Source of the DNA: a virus
Lineage: Duplodnaviria; Heunggongvirae; Uroviricota; Caudoviricetes
DNA: 64,000 nucleotides
Reading direction: 5' to 3' (one strand)
Virus record (IMG/VR): IMGVR_UViG_3300025887_000009
In this document: piece after piece, positions 10,041-19,263 of the stretch
Layout of the letters: the number at the start of each line of letters is the position of its first letter
Numbering within the stretch: the first letter of the stretch is position 1
Notes under the pieces: generated by a model
The model's database searches: none
What the model saw: the letters and a program-made list of their open reading frames with translations, nothing else
Told to the model about the DNA's origin: nothing
Position numbers and translations under genes: made by a program

Positions 10041-11093
10041 TTAATCCTTTGTTATACTATATTTGCTACCATTTAACATTATTTCATCATGCAACAATTT
10101 GGCAAATAAATCGTGTGTTTTAACCGAAGGGTGGGCACACGGTGTTACCCAACCCTGTTGTATAGGTTTGCCAAGATATTGAAAATAATAACCATTGTCA
10201 ATGTTGCCACCTTCTCTTTTTATAAAGAGATCTGCAAACGTGGTTTCTCCGTCTGGTTTGAAGAAATTATCCCACGGTACTTGCTTTACTAGTTTCTGAC
10301 TGTTATCCGAGACGTTGCGGTCCTGTGATTCTATTACTGTTCCGGATTTGCTATCCCTTTTCACTGTAGTACTAATTGCATGGGTAAACATCTCTACGCT
10401 GTATCGACTATCAAACGCAGGAACAACAATTAAAGATGCATTGTGATATTTGCACCATAGTGTTAAGTCAATAAAATTTATTATCTGTTCTAATATATAA
10501 AATTTACTACTAGCAAGAGATTCAGCATATCCTTGCCACAACTTGCTTTTTCCAGAATTGTTGCCATGATCTCCATTTACATTAGGCCACATAGCTAAAA
10601 AATTAGGATGATCTGATGTTTGATCGTTTATAAAATCAAATCTTTCTAATCCCGTCGGACAGAATATTACAATTTTTTCTTCAGCATCTTGCCAATTTAA
10701 CGACGGATACATTTGCAATTCTTTAATTGTAGCACGGTTTCCGCAACCTCGAATTCCTAAATTAATAGGAGTGTACTCGCCACCAAAATATTTTTTACAC
10801 AGCACGTTTACAAATGCGTTATTTTGTTCTTGTCTATAAAATTTAATAGTCTGACCGAATTCATGTTTTATGATCCGAGTATCTGGATACTCAGATTTTA
10901 GGCGGGCAGTCTGTTTTTTTGTTAATTGCCAGATCGGGTCGCCGTGATCATTTGGAAATTCCCAAGGATAGGTTGTATATATTTCATTGGCAATAGCGCC
11001 CTGTCCTTCTACAAAAGAACAACCTAATGAAATAATTGCTTTTTTAGTTCTTTTTAAATCGTCATTGATTGATTTAACTGTCGAGATATACAT
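10041..11093 (-). CDS. SGNH/GDSL hydrolase-like protein
   Basis: LGCSFVEG, INLGIRGCGN, C-terminal CAHPS...H. Confidence 0.65.
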   Translation of the reverse strand: MYISTVKSINDDLKRTKKAIISLGCSFVEGQGAIANEIYTTYPWEFPNDHGDPIWQLTKKQTARLKSEYPDTRIIKHEFGQTIKFYRQEQNNAFVNVLCKKYFGGEYTPINLGIRGCGNRATIKELQMYPSLNWQDAEEKIVIFCPTGLERFDFINDQTSDHPNFLAMWPNVNGDHGNNSGKSKLWQGYAESLASSKFYILEQIINFIDLTLWCKYHNASLIVVPAFDSRYSVEMFTHAISTTVKRDSKSGTVIESQDRNVSDNSQKLVKQVPWDNFFKPDGETTFADLFIKREGGNIDNGYYFQYLGKPIQQGWVTPCAHPSVKTHDLFAKLLHDEIMLNGSKYSITKD

Positions 11094-11094
11094 T

Positions 11095-12390
11095 TTAATT
11101 AGTTACTTTCTTTATATATTGTGTTATTGTATGATAAACATTAAAATCGTTTTGCTTATTTACTAAAACTTGTTGATTGTAAATGCATATCTCGGACATA
11201 GCTGTAAACAATTTTACTTTTTCAGAAAAGCTCATTTCCTTAAATTTAATAAGCTCTTTTACAATTGCATCTAATCGATCTTCATCATCTAATTGATCGT
11301 AACTCTCATCAATGTACGGGTCAAATGTTTTGTAGCCTAACGAACGTAAATGAGCTAATGAACCTTTGCTTCCACAAATTATAAAAGGATGGCATATTTT
11401 TATACTCTTAAAAGTTTTTTCACTTAAGAAACATGTTTCTAAATCAGAAGAATATGATGCTTCGCTTATTACAGTTAACCAACTGTAATAAGGACTGTAT
11501 GTATCTATAGTAGTTAAATAAAATCCACAGTCGCCCGATTTAAAAACTTTTTTATCTTGTTTACTAGTGTTTGGTGGATACATTGGCAATAATTGCACAG
11601 CGTTTTTACAAATATGCTCATCTGCTTCATTAAAATCTGGCAGGCACGTATCATTGTACGAAAACTTGTTCATTGAATTAATGCCGTGTTTCAGCAAATC
11701 AAATTCGTACAACTTTAAAAATAATCTAGTTCTATGTGCGCGTGTCCGTTTTTGCAAACAATTGTAATCATATATCTCCGAAGGATTATTACGTTTATAT
11801 CTGATCCATTTTTTTGGACTAAATCTCGGAGTTGACATCCATCCACTTACAACATATTCAAAATGAGTATATGCAAAAACTGCAATCCTGTCTTTGATAT
11901 TATTTTCATCTGCCCATCGAGTATATAATTGATCTACATTTAGATCTCCAGTTATATAAATTATTTGAGAAGGCGGAATTCCATAGTCAATGCACGATTG
12001 ATGGAACCATTCCCATAACCATTCAGTTGAATATCCTTCATGTGATTGATCCAGTAATACAAATGCTTTTTTTTGTTGAATATTTTTGAAGTGTTTAGTA
12101 TCTAAATGAGCAAAAACATTCTTCCTTCCGAGCAATTTATCCGGACGAGTAGATGTTGCACCGCACCAATCACTAGGCGAATGACCGACGCCTATAGAAA
12201 TAATATAATTAACTAATGGATGATCGGGAATTTCTGAAATATATTTGTTAACAAATTGCTCACCGTGTAACTTTATAAACGGACTGGCTCCGAATCTTCT
12301 TAATCCTGACGAATTTATATCATTGCAGTTAATAAAATTTGTAGAATCAGGACGATAGTCGGCGATATTTTCAAAATACAAATCGATCAT
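11095..12390 (-). CDS. putative GT-B-like glycosyltransferase
   Basis: C-terminal VISEASY...FLSEKTFK...HPFIICG...LGYKTF...IDESYD, reminiscent of nucleotide-sugar-binding motifs such as the GT10 E-x-x-x-x-Y-x-T-E-K motif. Confidence 0.5.
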   Translation of the reverse strand: MIDLYFENIADYRPDSTNFINCNDINSSGLRRFGASPFIKLHGEQFVNKYISEIPDHPLVNYIISIGVGHSPSDWCGATSTRPDKLLGRKNVFAHLDTKHFKNIQQKKAFVLLDQSHEGYSTEWLWEWFHQSCIDYGIPPSQIIYITGDLNVDQLYTRWADENNIKDRIAVFAYTHFEYVVSGWMSTPRFSPKKWIRYKRNNPSEIYDYNCLQKRTRAHRTRLFLKLYEFDLLKHGINSMNKFSYNDTCLPDFNEADEHICKNAVQLLPMYPPNTSKQDKKVFKSGDCGFYLTTIDTYSPYYSWLTVISEASYSSDLETCFLSEKTFKSIKICHPFIICGSKGSLAHLRSLGYKTFDPYIDESYDQLDDEDRLDAIVKELIKFKEMSFSEKVKLFTAMSEICIYNQQVLVNKQNDFNVYHTITQYIKKVTN

Positions 12391-13388
12391 ATTAATTTAT
12401 CTTTCCATGTAACTGGTGTTTGATCTGTTAAGATTTCGAGATCAAATTTATAATTAAAAGGTTTCGGTCCTTTTTTAATTATAAATTTAATAGATTCTTT
12501 AATTGCATGATCGAGCGAAGTGTTTGTTCGATACCGAAGAAGACGTTTAGATTTATTCGAACTACATACTGCAATCTTTGCCTCGGTCGGACGGGCAGGA
12601 TAAAAAATCGGCTCAAGAGATGAATTAGTATGTTTTAACACCTTTGCAGCTAATTCATTAATTGTAACAAATTCTTCATCCGGACCAATATTAAAAATTT
12701 CGCCTGCTACATCATCAAATGCTAATTTTTCAAGACAATAAATGCAATCGTCGATATAACTAAAGCATCGCACTTGTGTCCCGTCGCCGTACACAATAGG
12801 CGGAAGACCATTTAAGATTCGGTTGATCATTATACTCAACACGTTGCGATACGGATCTTCATAATTCTGCCCCGGGCCAATTATATTATGAGGTACTGCA
12901 ATAACCCATTCCATATTATTCATCGGAGCGAGTATTTTTAAAATTTCTTCGCCTGCTATTTTAGCAACTCCGTACGGATCAATGCCAGATGTCTTCATAT
13001 CTTCAGTAAATGGTCCCGGTTGGTTGCCGTAGCGAGCCATCGAAGAACAATAAACAAACCTTTTTGCATTACTATTAATTGCCGCAGTGATTGTACTTAC
13101 ACTAGCCTGAAATACATTTTTTGTAATCATGTTAGGACTAAACACACTTAATCCTTCGTGAGCGGTTGCTGCTGTATGATAAACTATATCAACATCGTTG
13201 CCCATTGCTTCAGTGAGCAAATCTAGATCACAACAATCGACTTGATGTAACACTGCGCCAGATGGCACATTGTCGACATAGCCGCCTATTAAGTTATCAT
13301 TGCCCTCAACAGTGTGTCCCAGTTCTAACATACGGGTAGCTAAATGGCTACCTAAAAATCCAGCAATACCTGTAATAAAAATTTTCAA
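12387..13388 (-). CDS. NAD-dependent nucleotide-sugar epimerase/dehydratase (extended SDR)
   Basis: TGIAGFLG (GxxGxxG), CSSMARYG, YGVAK (YxxxK), RCFSYIDD. Confidence 0.92.
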   Translation of the reverse strand: MKIFITGIAGFLGSHLATRMLELGHTVEGNDNLIGGYVDNVPSGAVLHQVDCCDLDLLTEAMGNDVDIVYHTAATAHEGLSVFSPNMITKNVFQASVSTITAAINSNAKRFVYCSSMARYGNQPGPFTEDMKTSGIDPYGVAKIAGEEILKILAPMNNMEWVIAVPHNIIGPGQNYEDPYRNVLSIMINRILNGLPPIVYGDGTQVRCFSYIDDCIYCLEKLAFDDVAGEIFNIGPDEEFVTINELAAKVLKHTNSSLEPIFYPARPTEAKIAVCSSNKSKRLLRYRTNTSLDHAIKESIKFIIKKGPKPFNYKFDLEILTDQTPVTWKDKLI

Positions 13389-14755
13389 TTATTTTTCTCC
13401 TCAGATACTTCTTTGCACATGTTGTAAAAAGATTCCATCTCCGGAAACGTCTGAAGGAAATTAGTTTTTCTACGACGATCGTATTCGTCAAACCAGTTAT
13501 AAAAATCAGACCTACCTTGGCTGATTTTTTCCGAATCGTAAACATCTTTTTCAAAATAATTCCGGACGCGACGAAATCTTTGATATTCTAAGTCGGAAAA
13601 TTTCAACGGATCATTGTTATCCATATTATCTTTAATAAATGACAATATTTTATCAAAATACGGAAGAAATTCTTCCTTAGGAAGAATATGCATGTCATAC
13701 TGCAATGGTTCTTTAAGGTACGGAGTATCAAAATTAATAGTACGCTGCGGATACTTCTTTCGCCATTCTAGCACTTTTTCCAGAAAGTCTACAAACGATG
13801 TTACACTCAAAATGTTAAATGTACACATAACTGTAAAGTCTGCATCAGTTGTAGTAAGGAATTTGTCTAGGTTTTCTTCCCAAAGAGTAGTAGATAATCC
13901 TGTTCTTAAATATTCAGCACGGTCGCCCCAGGTGTCGACACTTGAATATAGTCCGAATTTTTTTACATATCCGTTGTCTACTACTTCTGCTACATTTTCT
14001 GCCAACTTAACAACAAGCGAAGATTTAACTCCTAAATTTGAATTAATATTCAATTCAATGTGCGGTTTTGGATCTTTCTTCAATTCTTCAAACAGACGCC
14101 AAGTACTTTTGTGCATCAATGGCTCGCCTCCGGTAATTCGCAAAATATTAAGGGTCTTTGATACCTCAGGCCACCATTCCCACCATGCCTTTACATACGG
14201 ATTTGTTGATTCTTCAAACGGATTAAACCAACTAATATCTAAATTATGATTTTTAACAGTAGTAACTGGACCGAATTTCTTAATTTCATTGTGAAAAGAC
14301 GAACTTGCCATAGGATGACAATATCCGCATTTAAAATTGCACTCATTACTAAATGCTAATTCTATGTATTCCGGATTAATATTATAATTCCAGTTATTAT
14401 TAACTATTTCATCTATCCTGGCATCAGAATATATAGACTCATTTCTAATCATTCGATCAGAAATGTGGTCATCACCTAGGTCTTCTATATTCCAGCAATA
14501 TTTGCATCCTTCTGGTTTCTCTCCAACCAACATTTCAGCACGTTCTTTTTTCTTTTGTAAAGTATTGTGCAGCGCCGAAGGGTTATTAATTAATTCGTCA
14601 AGTGGGATACTATGCGGCGACGGATGATAACACGAATGTGTCTGACCGGTATGCAAATAGATTGTAGTATGATGCCATTTAGCAAGGCAAAACGTCTTGC
14701 TAATCTTGTCAGTTTTTTCATTTGCAGTAGTAATTTGACTTATTTTATCTGTCAT
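13385..14755 (-). CDS. radical SAM protein with N-terminal Cys domain (SCYHP type, copy 2)
   Basis: CLAKW...HSCYHP...CKYCW, then CNFKCGYC, ITGGEPLM; paralog of 7689..9218. Confidence 0.9.
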   Translation of the reverse strand: MTDKISQITTANEKTDKISKTFCLAKWHHTTIYLHTGQTHSCYHPSPHSIPLDELINNPSALHNTLQKKKERAEMLVGEKPEGCKYCWNIEDLGDDHISDRMIRNESIYSDARIDEIVNNNWNYNINPEYIELAFSNECNFKCGYCHPMASSSFHNEIKKFGPVTTVKNHNLDISWFNPFEESTNPYVKAWWEWWPEVSKTLNILRITGGEPLMHKSTWRLFEELKKDPKPHIELNINSNLGVKSSLVVKLAENVAEVVDNGYVKKFGLYSSVDTWGDRAEYLRTGLSTTLWEENLDKFLTTTDADFTVMCTFNILSVTSFVDFLEKVLEWRKKYPQRTINFDTPYLKEPLQYDMHILPKEEFLPYFDKILSFIKDNMDNNDPLKFSDLEYQRFRRVRNYFEKDVYDSEKISQGRSDFYNWFDEYDRRRKTNFLQTFPEMESFYNMCKEVSEEKNN

Positions 14756-14763
14756 GTATAATA

Positions 14764-15687
14764 TTATTCCTTGTCTATAAATTGTTGTGTAACAGAACGT
14801 GATGGATTTTGGTATACAGTTTTAAAGAAATGACTTTGTTGAGGTCCAAGGGGCAATTCAGCAATTGGTAGTTCTAACTTGTTAATAAGATTAACTCCGT
14901 ATTCTGCCGATTCCTTCTCTACGTCTATTTCTGCAACGCCTGCAAAAGATTGTTTCCACAAGTCGTTTAAATATTCAAAATCTCTAACTTGTATATAATC
15001 CCAATCTGTACACATTGTCATGTACAATCCTGCTCTTGCTCCAAAGATGCCCCAGTTACCATTTTCTACATCAGCACCTACCATTAACCATATGTAAAGG
15101 CGATGTAGGTTCTTCCAATGGTTCTTTTGGAATTCCTCTTTGGACGGTTTTATTCCTCTGTCTAGCGCCATCTTGACGCCTTCTCTAAATCCTGCTCTCC
15201 ACGCTTGTTGATTAGTTGCATTGTTGTGCACATCCGAGTAGCACGAATTCATTTGAATGTATTCAAGATCCCAACAAAAATCTACTTGCGCATGTGGATT
15301 ATCAGCGGCTGCATTTTCATGCGTTTTCATGTTCAGTACGTATTGCTTAGGCCAGCATTTAATGCCGCCGTTGCCATACATTAATCCATTTATTGTGTTT
15401 CGACCACACCACGAAATAACCGAATTCTCTAAGTCAGTGTGTTCTGCAAAATCAATCTCTTGATTAAGGAACTCTGACCGCACTGTATTATCTCCGTCAA
15501 TTGTAATAAAACGATCTGTTTCAGATAATTTTGCACATGCTTTGTGTGCTGCATCACTGCCTTTTACGCCGTGCACTCTTTTAGCCCATGGAACTTTTCT
15601 ACACAAATCTGCATAATTTTTTTCTGCGTTAGGTTCGTCATAACTTAAATATATTATGTCGTAATCTAGTACTTTAAATTTACTCAT
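14764..15687 (-). CDS. GT-A-like glycosyltransferase (YDEPNA family, copy 2)
   Basis: YDIIYLSYDEPNA, AKRVHGVKG, DxD motif TIDGD, YGNGGIK, AWRAGFRE shared with 6956..7648. Confidence 0.65.
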   Translation of the reverse strand: MSKFKVLDYDIIYLSYDEPNAEKNYADLCRKVPWAKRVHGVKGSDAAHKACAKLSETDRFITIDGDNTVRSEFLNQEIDFAEHTDLENSVISWCGRNTINGLMYGNGGIKCWPKQYVLNMKTHENAAADNPHAQVDFCWDLEYIQMNSCYSDVHNNATNQQAWRAGFREGVKMALDRGIKPSKEEFQKNHWKNLHRLYIWLMVGADVENGNWGIFGARAGLYMTMCTDWDYIQVRDFEYLNDLWKQSFAGVAEIDVEKESAEYGVNLINKLELPIAELPLGPQQSHFFKTVYQNPSRSVTQQFIDKE

Positions 15688-16291
15688 TAATTACCTCAAG
15701 AGAATACGTGTCAAACTTTTTTATAGTATACACGCTAAAGTCAGTTTTGTCAATTTCAAATTTGCTGTCAAATGGAATTATATAATAGAAGTCTTTGATT
15801 AATTCCTTAAACGGAACCTTCATTAGCTTGTATAGCACGTTGGGATTCCCTTTTTCAGTTACAGAAAAATACAGTGTAGAATTAATTGACACATTATATT
15901 CCTTTAACGTAGAAAGAAAGTCTTCAGAGATATAAAACTTCCAACAGGTTGTAGCATAATCCATAATAACTTTCACGTCGGCGTCAATGACATACGACAT
16001 CTTAAATATTTTTTCTTTAATGATGTCAGGATCTTGGTATCTAAGATCCTTAACTTGATACTGTTTAATTTCCGGATTAAACCAAACTTCTGAATCTTCA
16101 AGCTTGAATTCTCCCGATAATATATTACTTACTTCGTCGTATGTTGTAGCAAATGAACCAAATCCATCTTCGCACTCTTCGGGAATACTGTTAATGATCT
16201 TTTGTATTTTGTTTGTGCTTAAATCAAAACATATATAAAATTCATTGGACACAATTTTACGCTCTCTTAATTTGTATGCGCCTATTTGCAT
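15680..16291 (-). CDS. hypothetical protein
   Basis: ORF of about 190-203 aa in the operon; GTG at 16250-16252 is an alternative start. Confidence 0.7.
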   Translation of the reverse strand: MQIGAYKLRERKIVSNEFYICFDLSTNKIQKIINSIPEECEDGFGSFATTYDEVSNILSGEFKLEDSEVWFNPEIKQYQVKDLRYQDPDIIKEKIFKMSYVIDADVKVIMDYATTCWKFYISEDFLSTLKEYNVSINSTLYFSVTEKGNPNVLYKLMKVPFKELIKDFYYIIPFDSKFEIDKTDFSVYTIKKFDTYSLEVINE

Positions 16292-17118
16292 TCTAGATAT
16301 TCCTTGTATACTTTTAACTTCTCGTCGTCAACAAACGATTTTTCAGTGTAATGAAATATGCCTGTTTGTTTGTAATTGCCTATCATTAAGTTTGTAGCAG
16401 TTAAATGAACATCAACTACTTCTTGCCACTTGTCTCTAGGTTTTTTCCAATTTTGTGCATGAGATTTCATATGAGTAAATGTCGGATATTTTGCCAATTC
16501 GTTTGTGATATCATGTTCGCAGTTGAGTATTTTTGCAGTAATTGCCGCAGTTACATCCATGCTAGGACGCGATGGGTAATGCTCTTTATGAAACTGTCCA
16601 TAGAATAATTCCCAGTTTTGTGTAATTAATTCCATCCACTTATAGAATTCTGCTGCCTGGTTAGACTTTTTAAAATAATGAACTCCTGTGTACAAGTTAT
16701 ATAATTTGTTAGCAACAAACCCTTTTCGATAATATTTGCTAGTTATTTTTTCTCCGCGATATGAATATACGTTAGTGGTAAAATAAAGGTCATACATGTC
16801 TAAGAATTCCCACCATGACGATAAATCCTGCAACACTAACATGTCTGTATCAAGCACTACTGTTTTTTCATACGGAGTAGCATGATACAGTTTCCAACGG
16901 TTCTCAATTTTCCAATCGCTAGATTCTGCATCGTCATTCCACGGTATAGGAATAATCTGATCAAAATACTTTTTATATTCTTCTGGCACAATATCATTAG
17001 TTACCAGAGACACTCGAGCATCTTTATTAGTTGAATGAATACTCATTGCACAAAGACATGCTTGTTTTACATAATCGTCTTCTGCATTCTGTGCTAACAT
17101 CAAATAACCTTGGGTCAT
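16282..17118 (-). CDS. GT8-like glycosyltransferase/nucleotide-diphospho-sugar transferase
   Basis: QACLCAMSI...VSLVTN...ENRWKLY..TPYEKTVVLDTDMLV (DxD). Confidence 0.75.
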   Translation of the reverse strand: MTQGYLMLAQNAEDDYVKQACLCAMSIHSTNKDARVSLVTNDIVPEEYKKYFDQIIPIPWNDDAESSDWKIENRWKLYHATPYEKTVVLDTDMLVLQDLSSWWEFLDMYDLYFTTNVYSYRGEKITSKYYRKGFVANKLYNLYTGVHYFKKSNQAAEFYKWMELITQNWELFYGQFHKEHYPSRPSMDVTAAITAKILNCEHDITNELAKYPTFTHMKSHAQNWKKPRDKWQEVVDVHLTATNLMIGNYKQTGIFHYTEKSFVDDEKLKVYKEYLECK

Positions 17119-17960
17119 GCTAACTCCTTGTCTATTATTGCCGATAAACTAAACTTGTTCATAACATGCACTGTTCCAGAGAATTTACAAGCTGTATATT
17201 CTCCGAGATAGTTTTCTTTTTCAAGCAAGAATTGATACTTGTCGCCTTCGAGTTTCCATAACACGTCACGGTCTGTTGTATAAAATAGTATGCCAGGCAT
17301 TGGGTTAGTAAAAGATCCCTTTTGATATCCATTCATAATATGAATTGCTATAGAAAATGCATGATCATTTCTGTACACATTGTATGTAATTTGGAAAATT
17401 GTTTTGTAGTGTTGCCAATTTTCCTGAATATGCTTTAATAGATTAAAGAATATTTCATTTTCATCTGTCTTACGAAAAAATACACAAGTTGCCCAATAGA
17501 AATCAACGCCTGCATCGCTTATTTTATCAAATTCCGAATAGTCACGGAAACCTGCCAAATCGTATGCACGTTGGTATATCAAGAAGTTGTGTTCTTGATC
17601 AAAACAGTGTATGTACTTGTTATCGCCTATAACAATGTCTGTGTCTAACAATAATGTTTCATTGTATGGTGATAATTCGTATGCAAGAGGACGTTTATCA
17701 TTTTTAAAACTCAATTGCTTTTGTACTAACGCACCGTCGTGATACCGTTTAATATTAGATGATTCCGAATACGGTACTTGAATTATCTTGTCAAATACAT
17801 TTTCATAATCAGGAAATGTTTTAACATATTCGATTGCATCTGTTACAATTGATACCGGAAGATTGAGATACTCTTTAGAACGCAAGGCCAAGAAGTATGC
17901 TTGCTTAACATAATCAACTTGTGAATTGTTTTCAGCAAACACTAATATTCCTTGGCTCAT
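17115..17960 (-). CDS. GT8-like glycosyltransferase (tandem paralog)
   Basis: MSQGILVFA...YVKQA...SPYNETLLLDTDIVI (DxD), RNDHAFSIA. Confidence 0.75.
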   Translation of the reverse strand: MSQGILVFAENNSQVDYVKQAYFLALRSKEYLNLPVSIVTDAIEYVKTFPDYENVFDKIIQVPYSESSNIKRYHDGALVQKQLSFKNDKRPLAYELSPYNETLLLDTDIVIGDNKYIHCFDQEHNFLIYQRAYDLAGFRDYSEFDKISDAGVDFYWATCVFFRKTDENEIFFNLLKHIQENWQHYKTIFQITYNVYRNDHAFSIAIHIMNGYQKGSFTNPMPGILFYTTDRDVLWKLEGDKYQFLLEKENYLGEYTACKFSGTVHVMNKFSLSAIIDKELA

Positions 17961-18304
17961 AATTCGATAATTCCTTTTACGCTACGATTCTTGCGTATTT
18001 CGTTATATCCTGTTTGGTATTCATTGGTAGCTGAGAAATAGCGATCTGTTAGTTCGTCTGTAAATTCCTCAAGATTTGTAATTTGAATAGGCGTTTTGTT
18101 ATCGTCTAGCAATACAATCTCTTCATGCCCGGCTCCTAGCATTGCTAAACAGAAGGTAATACGTCCTTCTAATGCCGTAAACTGACCGCCGCTATAATAA
18201 TAGATGATATTTTCGTTGAATTTCTCTTCAAGCAACCTAATCTGTGTGTTAAGGGTTACAGTATAATTAGAAAATTCTAATGCTTTTTCTAAACGTTCGT
18301 CCAT
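17957..18304 (-). CDS. hypothetical protein
   Basis: 115-aa ORF with GGAGA ribosome-binding site; ATGA overlap with the next gene. Confidence 0.75.
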   Translation of the reverse strand: MDERLEKALEFSNYTVTLNTQIRLLEEKFNENIIYYYSGGQFTALEGRITFCLAMLGAGHEEIVLLDDNKTPIQITNLEEFTDELTDRYFSATNEYQTGYNEIRKNRSVKGIIEL

Positions 18305-18366
18305 GCGATCTCCTAAGGCTATTATATATATATACCTTAAAATATTGCAGTTAACTGGGAATGTGA

Positions 18367-19257
18367 TTATAGCGCAACGTCGTTTGCATAGCTCGGGCTA
18401 GCAACATTTACATACAGACCACTTGGACGATATTGTTGAATTGTACTCGTAATATCGCCATCAATGTTTTCGTCAACATCTGGGTCACCTGCGTCATCAT
18501 CTCTAAACTGTGCCCTAAATTGAATTGTAGTTGCTGTCGGAGACCTAGCATTGATGTTATAATCGTTTTCTGCATACACGCCGGATCCAGTTTTAATAAA
18601 GATCTGCTGATAGGTTCCAGTTAAATCATAATTACCTATTGCACTTCCGGTGCCAGTACCGGTGGCAGAAGTATCAGTGTAATTAAATTTAATTGTACCC
18701 ATATTAGCTAACAACGTAGCCCAATCAGTGTCCTTTGAACCAACTGCACTTGTTAATGCTGCTGAGAAACGTATTTCGCCGCCTGCATTAAAAAAATATC
18801 TACGATCATTTTCGCTAGCAAATGTTACAGTAAACTCATGCGTAATTAAACCGTTCCAGCTTGTAGTTCTTGTTGACGAAATAGCAGCTTCGATAGATGC
18901 CTGACTTGCATGAATTAGAAATTTATCACCTGTGATAGTAGGAAGTAAGCCTTCAAAATCAGTATAACCTTTTGCTGTTCCGTCCGGGTTATCAGAAGTG
19001 TCTTCGCCAATTATGTTGCCTGCTGCCATGTCGGCAATTTGAGTAGGTGCTGCACCAGTCTGGTGAACCCTTGCAGCAAACATGTCGTCGTATAAATTTT
19101 GCATGTCAAGAGCAGTAACTGCCGATCCAGCAGACACTGTTGAACTTGCTAACGCTTGTCCGTAACCGTCGGTGCCCGAACCTGTTCCCATCACTGTTGC
19201 TACTACTGATTGTATATTATTATATCTTGCCGCTGTAATTAAATCACCAATTGCCAT
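18367..19257 (-). CDS. virion structural protein (tail/fibre-associated)
   Basis: Thr/Gly/Ala/Ser-rich beta-type composition; last gene of the fibre block. Confidence 0.6.
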   Translation of the reverse strand: MAIGDLITAARYNNIQSVVATVMGTGSGTDGYGQALASSTVSAGSAVTALDMQNLYDDMFAARVHQTGAAPTQIADMAAGNIIGEDTSDNPDGTAKGYTDFEGLLPTITGDKFLIHASQASIEAAISSTRTTSWNGLITHEFTVTFASENDRRYFFNAGGEIRFSAALTSAVGSKDTDWATLLANMGTIKFNYTDTSATGTGTGSAIGNYDLTGTYQQIFIKTGSGVYAENDYNINARSPTATTIQFRAQFRDDDAGDPDVDENIDGDITSTIQQYRPSGLYVNVASPSYANDVAL

Positions 19258-19263
19258 TTTTTA

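Noticed and set aside
115-18304. DNA hypermodification or queuosine/7-deazaguanine pathway as the role of the enzyme cluster
   Set aside because: No QueC/QueD/FolE/DpdA or dCMP/dUMP hydroxymethylase motifs recognised; position behind fibre genes favours a structural or glycan role, though this is not excluded
18314-18350. (TA)6 run inside a TAAGG/CCTTA hairpin with a TATAAT upstream of the enzyme cluster
   Set aside because: The -10 is present on the minus strand but the -35 match is poor and the stem is short; cannot tell promoter from chance AT-rich sequence
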